A stretch of DNA of 64,000 nt. It comes from an uncultured Eubacteriales bacterium (GTDB lineage: Bacteria; Bacillota_I; Bacilli_A; RFN20; CAG-826). Below are positions 54,282 to 62,100 of this stretch, in pieces. Where the stretch lies: the NCBI GenBank assembly GCA_963652335.1, contig CAVJSS010000003.1, forward strand, positions 786 to 64,785, given 5' to 3'. The position numbers and the translations under genes are program-made. The notes under the pieces are model-generated. The model had not been told where the DNA came from. It made no database searches and saw nothing but the letters and a program-made list of their open reading frames with translations. Numbering within the stretch: the stretch's first letter is position 1; each line of letters begins with the position of its first letter.

Positions 54282-54899
54282 TGCTTGTTTCCTTTGTTGG
54301 CCTTATTCCTTCGACGTTGAAGGAAACGCTTAGATCCTTATCGGCGAAAGTTCCGATGCCAACGTCATCAACTTTGGTCTTTATGGAATATGCCAGTCCC
54401 AATTTGGTTTCCGATTCAGTGGGATCTATCGTCAAAGACAAGGTATTTTGCTTGGAATTTTCGGAAGCGACGGTTCCTATCGTGCAGCCTTTGATATTCG
54501 TGATCGATAATGAATCTATATACTGAAGGAAACCGGCATCGCTTGGAGTCAATGTCGTTTTCATCGTGAATACGTTATCCGAATCAAGATAGGAAAATGA
54601 CGAAAGATATTCGTTGTTGATGGTAAGCGACACGGATATCAAAGGATCGCTGTCAACGATCCCTTCTTTTCCAAGTTTGAATGTTTTTATGGATACTTCT
54701 TCGAAAATATCGACCTTTTTTATTCCGGCGGCGTTGATTGCCACTTGATTTGAAAAGGAAGGCGAATTGATCACTATCCAAGAAGCGAAGCCGACGCTAG
54801 CTAGCGATATGGCACCTAAAAGTAAAGTCCCCCCCCAATTTTGATCACTTTGGTCGTTCTGCTATCGCTATTGCCGTTATGCAACTTCTTTTCTTTCAT
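54271..54899 (-). CDS. small anchored surface protein gene split by G8 tract (N-terminal 27-codon ORF out of frame with 185-codon body)
   Basis: From ATG 54899 the frame reads MKEKKLHNGNSDSRTTKVIKIGGG and then hits TAG after the G8 run. The body frame reads TLLLGAISLASVGFASWIVINSPSFSNQ... to the stop at 54271. G9 or G6 would give one protein of about 209 aa with an N-terminal TM anchor. The track ORF (54271-54774) starts at an internal GTG. Confidence 0.65.
54829..54836 (-). repeat. poly-G(8) homopolymer inside coding sequence
   Basis: The + strand has CCCCCCCC at 54829-54836. It is the only G/C run of 7 or more that I noticed in the 64 kb. Confidence 0.9.
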
Positions 54900-55186
54900 G
54901 CACGTTTAGTATAACGCCGCAACAGGTTGTTACAATGTTTTTTGAATTGGCCGTTTTCGCTAAGGGAAAGAAAACAAGCGTTTTTTATCCTGGCGGTTAT
55001 CTCCTTTTGAGTGACTAATTTATGAATATGTCTGAGGCATATCGATTCGTTTGTCCCAAAATGAGAAAACGAGCGCATTATCTCGGCATCGACGGACGTG
55101 GCTGTTTTGATTTTGCAATAGGCATCATTTGCTAGGTCCTTAACGATGCTTCTAATGCCTGTTGGCGTGCCAAAATCATGAATCAA
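54896..55186 (-). CDS. hypothetical protein, possible sigma-70 region-4-like HTH; possibly a 5'-truncated remnant
   Basis: Its stop overlaps the next gene's ATG (ATGA at 54896-54899). The segment ESICLRHIHKLVTQKEITARIKNACFLSLSENGQFKKHCNNLL loosely resembles sigma region 4. There is only a TTG start, no clear SD, and the frame closes 6 codons upstream. Confidence 0.35.
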   Translation of the reverse strand: MIHDFGTPTGIRSIVKDLANDAYCKIKTATSVDAEIMRSFSHFGTNESICLRHIHKLVTQKEITARIKNACFLSLSENGQFKKHCNNLLRRYTKRA

Positions 55187-55286
55187 AGGAACATTTTTTC
55201 CACTTTAATCGGCAAATCCAAGAATTGGTTGAGCAACGCTAACGTTGATGGCTTGCACTCGGATTCGTGCTTAGAATCATACGGAT

Positions 55287-55388
55287 ACTTTTCGTATTAT
55301 GCATGTTTTATACATTTATTACTTGTCGTATTATGCATGTTTTTTAACATTTTTACTTTTAGTATTATGTATTTTCCTATACAATCCA
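55287..55388 (+). repeat. three tandem copies of a 34-bp unit
   Basis: Units: ACTTTTCGTATTATGCATGTTTTATACATTTATT / ACTTGTCGTATTATGCATGTTTTTTAACATTTTT / ACTTTTAGTATTATGTATTTTCCTATACAATCCA. Each carries TATTAT (+ strand); units 1-2 also carry CATAAT (- strand) as -10-like hexamers. Confidence 0.85.
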
Positions 55389-55411
55389 TTTATGCAGGAG
55401 AGGGCTTTCGA

Positions 55412-56776
55412 ATGTTGGAATTAAAAAGAAAAATTTATGGCTCATTGTTAAATTGGAAAGAAAATTTCAGCGATGATTCCGCATTGCTGATCGAAGGGGC
55501 AAGGCGTATAGGAAAATCAACGATCGTAGAAAAATTCGCAAAAGAAAATTATGAATCATATGTCATTATCGACTGGGCTATCGCAAGCCAAAGGATGAAA
55601 AACAATTTCAACGACAATCTGAATGATTTGGATCTGTTTTTCCAAAATATCTCATTGGAATATAACGTTGAATTGCATAAAGGCAAAACCCTGATCGTCT
55701 TTGATGAGGTACAGAAATTTCCCAAAGCCAGAGAGGCTATCAAATATTTGGTCAAAGACGGAAGATATAGCTATATTGAAACCGGCTCTTTGATTTCCAT
55801 TAAGGAAAATGTCGAAAATATAGTAATACCATCCGAAGAGATGAAAATAAAAATGCATCCATTGGACTTCGAGGAGTTTTTAATGGCCGCAAATGAGGAA
55901 ATCCTGCTTGAACGCATAAAGAAATGCGCTTCAGAAAAAGTGCCTTTGAATGATTTTTCGCATAAAAAAGCGATGAGAAGATTCAAAGAATATCTTCTTG
56001 TCGGCGGCATGCCGCAGAGCATCGTTGCTTATTTTGAAAATAATGGAGATTTCAGCAAGGCCGACATAGAAAAAAGGAAAATACTCGATCTATATCGAGA
56101 TGACATCAACAAAGCCCAAAAAAAATACAATTCCAAAGTCTCTGCCTTGTTTGAAAACATACCCGGTTATTTATCGAAGCACGATAAGAAAGTCATATTA
56201 TCGAAGATTGATGATAATCCTAGATTTTCCAAATATGATGGCTCATTATTTTGGCTATCCGATTCCATGATTTGCAATTTATGTTATAAATGCACCGATC
56301 CAAACGTAGGTTTCGCTCTGAATAAAGATGATTCTTCCGTAAAATGCTATATGGGAGACACAGGACTATTGGTAAGCCTCGCGTTCTCAGAAAACGAAAT
56401 CGTATCCAACAAATTGTATAAGTCGATCATCAATGGCAAGTTGTCTTTGAATGAAGGCATGCTATACGAAAACGCTATTGCGCAAATGATCGCATCGACA
56501 AATAGAAAATTATATTTTTACTCGCATTATGATTATGATGCGAAGAAAAACGATATAGAAATCGACTTTATGATTTCGAATGATTCGAAAACCAATCTGA
56601 AAGTCTATCCGATTGAGGTGAAATCAAGCAAAAACTACACAACCGTATCGTATGACAAATTCAAAAAACGATTTGGAAAAAGAATCGCTGAATCTTATAT
56701 CGTTCATCCAAAACAATTTTCAAAAGACGAATCCGGATATAAAGTTCCGCCATATATGTTTCCTTTTATGATATAG
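55412..56776 (+). CDS. AAA-family ATPase with C-terminal DUF4143-like domain
   Basis: Start at 55412 (MLELKRKIYGSLLNWKENFSDDSALLIEGARRIGKSTIV, Walker A) after GGAGAGGG. Walker B is LIVFDEVQ. The upstream 78 codons of the track ORF cover the tandem repeats and are rejected. Confidence 0.85.
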   Translation: MLELKRKIYGSLLNWKENFSDDSALLIEGARRIGKSTIVEKFAKENYESYVIIDWAIASQRMKNNFNDNLNDLDLFFQNISLEYNVELHKGKTLIVFDEVQKFPKAREAIKYLVKDGRYSYIETGSLISIKENVENIVIPSEEMKIKMHPLDFEEFLMAANEEILLERIKKCASEKVPLNDFSHKKAMRRFKEYLLVGGMPQSIVAYFENNGDFSKADIEKRKILDLYRDDINKAQKKYNSKVSALFENIPGYLSKHDKKVILSKIDDNPRFSKYDGSLFWLSDSMICNLCYKCTDPNVGFALNKDDSSVKCYMGDTGLLVSLAFSENEIVSNKLYKSIINGKLSLNEGMLYENAIAQMIASTNRKLYFYSHYDYDAKKNDIEIDFMISNDSKTNLKVYPIEVKSSKNYTTVSYDKFKKRFGKRIAESYIVHPKQFSKDESGYKVPPYMFPFMI

Positions 56777-57126
56777 GGCTTTTGTGTGTATGCCTAAAAG
56801 ATAGCCAGGTAGTGAGGCTTTAAGAAAAGGGAATGTGGACAAAAAACTGGACTATTTTTCAATATGACGTCCAAAATTCCTTTCTCTTATCAGCCATGCT
56901 TTTGGCACCTAACGATTCCTTGCGTTCGTTGTCATCTTCTTTTGTTTCGCGTCGTTTGAAATAGAACATTTGAATATCTTGCATTTGCAAAAATTCGGTT
57001 TTTTGATTCAGCCTAAAGCTTTTATAGAGGGCTTGCGATAGGTCTGTGTTTCAAACTGAAACAAATTGGGAAAAAGACCTTGGAAGAGGTTTTCTCTTCT
57101 TTGCCAGATAGTGCTTTCAATATCTG

Positions 57127-58146
57127 TTAGGCTTTCTTTTTTTGCTCATTGATGGCCTTAAGATAGATTTTTTCTAGTTCGATCCCGATTTTCTCGATCG
57201 ATCTGTCTTCAGCCACTTTATAGGCGGCATCCAATATCTTTGGGTCTCCGCCTTCGTTTAAAAGCCTATTTAGTTCTTTTGCGAAATCATCGTTGTTTTC
57301 GCCCATCCGGCAATGGATGTCTTTCTTTAGCCATGGGTTGAAGGTATCGATGTTTCTAACTAGCAACGGGCATCTTGAGGCCAAAGCCTCCAAGACGACT
57401 ATCCCTTCGTTTTCTTCATAGCTTGGGAAAAACATGCAAGAAGCGGCAAGATATGCCCCTTGGATCAATCTCCCATCGACGTATCCTGGCAAAATGACGT
57501 TGTCTGGCTTATGCCTATTGGCTTTATGGACTTCGTTGGACATGACGATTTTTTGAAGGTCGCCGAACCAGAAGAATTTGACGTTTGGGAAATTCTTAGC
57601 CACTTCCATGAAATCGACGTAGCCTTTCCTAACGAAGGGGAAGCCGACGCCCATCACGAATTTCTCATCTTTTTTGAGATTGAATTCATTTCTGAAATCA
57701 TCGACCTTTTTCTGATCGTAGGCGTATTCGTTTAGATCGATTCCGTTGGAGATCGCAACCACATCGTCACAAAGATGGTAATTGTCGATGTTCCTTTTGC
57801 TATGTGGGGTTGGGGTTATGATGGTTATCGCATTCCCATACATCCTTTTTATCTGGCAAGCGAAAATCGGCTCGATTGCCTTATAGCCCAAAAAGCTTTC
57901 TTTGAAGTCTTCGATGGTGGAATGGCCATGGACTATGACCGGTATCCTTTTTTTAAGGCAATGCTTCAAAAGATGATAGGAATGGCTCCCATAAGTGTTT
58001 ATATGAGCCAGATCGTAATCGTCTTTCGGATCATAGGTCACTTCGATCCCTCTGGATCTCAAGGCCGATGTTTGGTGCTTTCTGGCTCTTCCGATCCCAC
58101 TGGTTTTAAGGGCGTTATGGAATTCGAAATAAAGCAGGACCTTCAT
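57127..58146 (-). CDS. family 4 (GT-B) glycosyltransferase, probable glycolipid/diacylglycerol glycosyltransferase
   Basis: N-terminus TSGIGRARKH and the C-terminal EX7E-like motif PSYEENEGIVVLEALA; 339 aa. Confidence 0.8.
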   Translation of the reverse strand: MKVLLYFEFHNALKTSGIGRARKHQTSALRSRGIEVTYDPKDDYDLAHINTYGSHSYHLLKHCLKKRIPVIVHGHSTIEDFKESFLGYKAIEPIFACQIKRMYGNAITIITPTPHSKRNIDNYHLCDDVVAISNGIDLNEYAYDQKKVDDFRNEFNLKKDEKFVMGVGFPFVRKGYVDFMEVAKNFPNVKFFWFGDLQKIVMSNEVHKANRHKPDNVILPGYVDGRLIQGAYLAASCMFFPSYEENEGIVVLEALASRCPLLVRNIDTFNPWLKKDIHCRMGENNDDFAKELNRLLNEGGDPKILDAAYKVAEDRSIEKIGIELEKIYLKAINEQKKKA

Positions 58147-58793
58147 TCTTTTTCGCCTTTGACGATGTCGATTGATTTGGAGGCGCCGATTCTGGAAGCG
58201 CCGGCGTCTATCAAGGCTTTGGCTTCTTCATAGCTATGGATTCCGCCGGAGGCTTTGACTCCCTTGTCTTTTCCCACCGCTTCGCGCATGATCTTTATGT
58301 CTTCGGCTTTGGCGCCGCCTTTTCCAAAGCCCGTCGAGGTCTTGACGAAATCGGCGTTGCCTCTCATCGCGGCCAATGATGATTCCTTTATTTCGTCTTT
58401 GGTCAGAAAGCAGGTTTCCAAAATGACTTTCAGCAAACGTCCGTCACAAGCTTCTTTGACGGCTCTGACTTCGTTTTCGATATATTTCCAATCGTGTTCT
58501 TTGGCCATGGCAACGTTTTGGACCATGTCGATCTCATCAGCTCCGTTTAAGACGGCTTCATGGGCTTCGTAGGCTTTGGTCGAAACGGTATTCGCGCCCA
58601 ATGGGAAGCCGATGACCGTGCAGACTTTGACTGAGCTGCCTTTAAGCGATTCCTTGCATAAGGAAACGTAGGCAGGATTGACGCAGACGGAGGCGAATCC
58701 GTATTCTTTTGCTTCTAAGCAGATCCTTTTTACGTCTTCTATTTTGGCATCCGGGTTAAGGATGGTATGATCGATCATTTTGGCTATGTTCAT
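58143..58793 (-). CDS. deoC: deoxyribose-phosphate aldolase
   Basis: MIDHTILNPDA, FVKTSTGF (Schiff-base Lys), VKASGGI. Confidence 0.95.
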   Translation of the reverse strand: MNIAKMIDHTILNPDAKIEDVKRICLEAKEYGFASVCVNPAYVSLCKESLKGSSVKVCTVIGFPLGANTVSTKAYEAHEAVLNGADEIDMVQNVAMAKEHDWKYIENEVRAVKEACDGRLLKVILETCFLTKDEIKESSLAAMRGNADFVKTSTGFGKGGAKAEDIKIMREAVGKDKGVKASGGIHSYEEAKALIDAGASRIGASKSIDIVKGEKE

Positions 58794-58829
58794 GTTATTT
58801 ACCTCTTTTTGGATATTTTACCTTTCTTT

Positions 58830-58858
58830 TCGAAAAGAAAAAGGGAACTAAGTCCCTT
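58830..58858 (-). terminator. rho-independent terminator after rpmF
   Basis: On the - strand: AAGGGA-CTTAGT-TCCCTT followed by TTTTCTTTT. Confidence 0.7.
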
Positions 58859-58863
58859 ATATC

Positions 58864-59055
58864 TTATTCGGCGTCTTTCTTTTTTAGATGAAGGATGTCT
58901 TTGCCTTTGTAATAACCGCAGGCTGGGCAAACGGTATGGGCTTCGATCATTTCGCCGCAATGTGGGCAAGCGACCTTTCCGCTGACCACCAATTTCCAAT
59001 GGGTGCGGCGGGTTCTCTTGCGGGTTTTGCTGTTGCGTCTTTGTTGGACTGCCAT
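58864..59055 (-). CDS. rpmF: 50S ribosomal protein L32
   Basis: [22 protein letters not shown]... with the CPHCG...CPACG zinc ribbon. Confidence 0.95.
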   Translation of the reverse strand: MAVQQRRNSKTRKRTRRTHWKLVVSGKVACPHCGEMIEAHTVCPACGYYKGKDILHLKKKDAE

Positions 59056-59082
59056 AATGATTTTCTCCTAGGGACGTTGGTA

Positions 59083-59110
59083 ATTATACCTTAGGGGAAA
59101 CGATAGTCAA
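59083..59110 (-). promoter_or_regulatory. sigma-70 promoter for rpmF
   Basis: On the - strand: TTGACT (59110-59105), a 16-nt spacer, TATAAT (59088-59083), followed by a leader of about 22 nt with the SD AGGAG. Confidence 0.65.
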
Positions 59111-59143
59111 TTCATGTTCATACAATGTCAAAATTATAATTCA

Positions 59144-59159
59144 ATAACATCGATGTTAT
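59144..59159. promoter_or_regulatory. perfect 16-bp palindrome between mtaB and rpmF
   Basis: ATAACATC|GATGTTAT has no loop, so it is more likely a protein-binding site than a terminator. It shares the CATC/GATG core with the palindrome at 33018-33032. Confidence 0.35.
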
Positions 59160-59185
59160 CTTATATAGGTTGTCAAGTTCGCTTA

Positions 59186-60466
59186 TTAATCAGCGGCGGT
59201 TTCCTTTTTGTATTCCACTTCCAAAAGCTCGCCATGGAGGGAACGGCCGCTTTCTATTCGGACCTTAAGGTAATTGGAAGTATGGCCGTAGGCGATTCTC
59301 TTGTCCTTATCATAATCTTCGAAAAGGACTTCCAGAGTCTTTCCATAAAATCTTTTTTCGTATCCTTCCCTTGATTCCTTGGAAAGTTTCAAAAGGCGAT
59401 GGACCCTTTCTTTTTTGATTGAAGGATCGACTTGGTTTTTTTGGGCTGCGGCCCAGGTTCCTTTTCTTGAAGAGAACGGGAAGACATGGATTTCGGCGAA
59501 GCGGGCTTTTTGGCAGAACGATAAGGTTTCTTGGAATTCCTCTTCGCTTTCTCCTGGGAAGCCGACTATTATGTCGGTCGTTATGGCTATATCGGGCCTT
59601 ATGGATCTTATTTTGTCCAATAAAGCCAAGAACGATGAGGTGTCATATTTTCTTCTCATCCTTTTCAAAACCGTCGAAGAACCGGATTGGAGAGGAATAT
59701 GGAGATGGGATGCGATCTGAGGATAATCCTTGAGCAAAGAGAGAAATTCATCGTTGTCGATCTCGCTTTCTTCGATGGAGGAGATGCGGAGCCTTTTTAA
59801 AGTGGGCACCGCATTCAAGATATCCTTTATCAGTTCGGCGACGTTGGATTTTGGGGTCAGATCCGCTCCATAATGGCCGATATGGATGCCGGTCAGGATT
59901 ATTTCCTTATAGCCTTTTCCGACCAAATCCTTGGCTTCTTGAATCACCGATTCTTTGTCTCTGGAGCGGGAATTGCCCCTTAAGGACGGGATTATGCAGT
60001 AAGAGCAGAAATTGTCGCATCCGTCTTGGACTTTCAAATATGCCCTGGTCATGTCGAAATTGAAGACGGTGCCCAATTCTTCGTATTTTTCATGGCGGAC
60101 GCTGGGCTTGACCAAGACTATTTTTTCTTTGTTTTCCAAAAACGAATGCCAAGCGGATATCGCATCGTTCCTATTGGACGTGCCTAAGACGATATCGGCT
60201 CCGAAAGATAGGCATTCCGATGCGGCTGATTCGCTATAGCAGCCCATGACCAACAAACAAGCATGTTGGTTTTCCCTTCTGAAGCGGCGGATATGTTGCC
60301 TGGATTTTTGATCGGCTTGGCCGGTTACGGAGCAAGTGTTAAGGATGATCAAATCGGCCTCATTGAGGGGAGATTCGATGTGGCCTTCTTCTTTTAAGGC
60401 CTTTATGAGGGCGGCCACTTCGTAGGAATTCACTTTGCAGCCTAATGAATGGGTGAAATATCTCAT
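59186..60466 (-). CDS. mtaB: tRNA threonylcarbamoyladenosine methylthiotransferase MtaB (YqeV)
   Basis: UPF0004 N-terminus (LGCKVNSYE), radical SAM CDNFCSYC, a TRAM-like C-terminus, and synteny rsmE-mtaB. Confidence 0.9.
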   Translation of the reverse strand: MRYFTHSLGCKVNSYEVAALIKALKEEGHIESPLNEADLIILNTCSVTGQADQKSRQHIRRFRRENQHACLLVMGCYSESAASECLSFGADIVLGTSNRNDAISAWHSFLENKEKIVLVKPSVRHEKYEELGTVFNFDMTRAYLKVQDGCDNFCSYCIIPSLRGNSRSRDKESVIQEAKDLVGKGYKEIILTGIHIGHYGADLTPKSNVAELIKDILNAVPTLKRLRISSIEESEIDNDEFLSLLKDYPQIASHLHIPLQSGSSTVLKRMRRKYDTSSFLALLDKIRSIRPDIAITTDIIVGFPGESEEEFQETLSFCQKARFAEIHVFPFSSRKGTWAAAQKNQVDPSIKKERVHRLLKLSKESREGYEKRFYGKTLEVLFEDYDKDKRIAYGHTSNYLKVRIESGRSLHGELLEVEYKKETAAD

Positions 60467-61170
60467 TGTTCGAATTTGGATGAATAGATGGCTGAGGCGG
60501 CTATGGCGGCCGTTTCGGCCCTCAATATCCTTCTCCCTAACGATACGGGCTTAAAGCCGTTATCCATAAGATATTTAGCTTCCGCTTCCGAGAATCCTCC
60601 TTCTGGCCCGATGACCAATAAAGTGTCGGAAGTTAATTCTTCTTTCAATGGCTTCCCTTCTATAGCCACCGCTTCATAGGCGAAGAGCTTGGTTTTGTTT
60701 TCGAGTTTGCTTAGGTCTTTGAGATTGATTATCTTGGATAAAGAGGGGACTTTGTTCCTTCTGCATTGCTCAGCGGCGTTTTTCAATATCTTAAGATACC
60801 TCTCTTTTTTGCTTTCTTTGTCTTTTTCCTTGGAGAAACGGATTATGGTCCTATCGGAAACATAAGGGATAAAGGAAGATACGCCTAATTCGGTGCCTTT
60901 TTGAAGGATCAATTCATCATGTCCTCCCTTTAAAAGGGCAAAGGCCAAAGAAAGGCTGCCGTCAAGTTCGCGGTCTTCGTCGAGTTCGTTTATTATCTCA
61001 ACCATGAAAGGTTCCAATGAAGACAATCTGACCGCGTATATCCTGTTTTCGTAGACGGCTTCGAATTCTTTTCCTATCTTAAGCCTCATCACGTCTTTGA
61101 TATGATGGATCGTATCCAAAGAAAAAAGAAGGGTGTCTCCTTTCTTTCCGCTAGCTAGATAATGGGCCAT
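60463..61170 (-). CDS. rsmE: 16S rRNA (uracil1498-N3)-methyltransferase
   Basis: PUA-like N-terminus and the SPOUT C-terminus LLVIGPEGGFSEAE...LGRRILRAETAA. Confidence 0.93.
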   Translation of the reverse strand: MAHYLASGKKGDTLLFSLDTIHHIKDVMRLKIGKEFEAVYENRIYAVRLSSLEPFMVEIINELDEDRELDGSLSLAFALLKGGHDELILQKGTELGVSSFIPYVSDRTIIRFSKEKDKESKKERYLKILKNAAEQCRRNKVPSLSKIINLKDLSKLENKTKLFAYEAVAIEGKPLKEELTSDTLLVIGPEGGFSEAEAKYLMDNGFKPVSLGRRILRAETAAIAASAIYSSKFEQ

Positions 61171-61592
61171 TAACGGAGATATTCCCCTTCTCCGTCTTTG
61201 AAGACGTGGCTTTTGGCGATATAGATGCCATAGATGTTATAAACGATATACAAAAGAACGATCGGGATGATGATGGAATAAACCCAAACGAAGGCAGTCA
61301 GCAAAGCGCCCGCCAATAAGAGCAATAAGGTGATAGAGAGGCAAATGATGGCTTTTTTGGTTTCTTTAAGATAGAAGAAAGCGGCTCCGAAAGGGCCTAA
61401 AAGGCAAGAAAAAAGAACAGCGGCCTTCTTGGACTTGGAACGATATAGCTCTTGGTTCTCTTTGGTGAGGATAACTTGGGTTATGTTCTGGGTCTTATAG
61501 TCCGGATCGATCGGATTGACCCCGCCGCAATAAGGGCAAAGGTCATAATCTTGTTTGGAAATGGTTCTATCGCAGTATTTGCATTTCGGCAT
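61170..61592 (-). CDS. zinc-ribbon plus TM2-domain membrane protein
   Basis: CKYCDRT...CPYCGG at the N-terminus. The TM2-like segment is KKAAVLFSCLLGPFGAAFFYLKETKKAII, followed by further TM helices. Confidence 0.7.
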   Translation of the reverse strand: MPKCKYCDRTISKQDYDLCPYCGGVNPIDPDYKTQNITQVILTKENQELYRSKSKKAAVLFSCLLGPFGAAFFYLKETKKAIICLSITLLLLLAGALLTAFVWVYSIIIPIVLLYIVYNIYGIYIAKSHVFKDGEGEYLR

Positions 61593-61593
61593 A

Positions 61594-62046
61594 TCAGTAA
61601 TTCACCTTGTCCTTGATGGAAGAATATTCTTTGTATAATTCCAAGCATTCGCTCCGATTCAATTCGGTGACGAAGCTCAGTTTGTCGTTGAGTCTTTTGT
61701 AAAAGACATCGTCCCTAAAGCCGATGTTATCGGTGTCTTTGACGTTGCAGCCATAATAGACCTTGTCGATATTGGCCCATAAGATGGCTCCTAGACACAT
61801 CGGGCAAGGCTCGCCGGTAGTATATAGTTCGGTGTTTGAAAGATCGAAGCTGCCTATGTTTTTCGAAGCGTCCCTTATGGCCATCATCTCGCCATGGCAG
61901 GTTGGGTCGTTCCTTTTTACGACCTCGTTATGCCCGCGTCCGATGATGATTCCGTTTTTGACGATGATGGAGCCAAAAGGCCCTCCTTCTCCGTTACGGA
62001 TGCCTTTTTCGGCCTCTTTGATCGCTTCCAACATGAATTCGTTCAT
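61594..62046 (-). CDS. CDA-fold nucleoside/guanine deaminase (GuaD-like)
   Basis: Start at 62046 (MNEFMLEAIKEA). GGPFGSIIVKNG, HGEMMAI and PCPMCLGA zinc motifs resemble B. subtilis GuaD. Confidence 0.8.
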   Translation of the reverse strand: MNEFMLEAIKEAEKGIRNGEGGPFGSIIVKNGIIIGRGHNEVVKRNDPTCHGEMMAIRDASKNIGSFDLSNTELYTTGEPCPMCLGAILWANIDKVYYGCNVKDTDNIGFRDDVFYKRLNDKLSFVTELNRSECLELYKEYSSIKDKVNY

Positions 62047-62100
62047 AATCTTTACCCGATATTTATGGTAGCAAAGCAAAAGGGGTCGAAGGTAGAGAAT

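Noticed and set aside
56777-57126. Small ORFs, for example a 35-aa - strand ORF (MFYFKRRETKEDDNERKESLGAKSMADKRKEFWTSY), in the 350-bp gap after the ATPase gene.
   Set aside because: They have no RBS and no recognisable family. They are probably decayed sequence. I could not connect them to the truncated 96-aa ORF.
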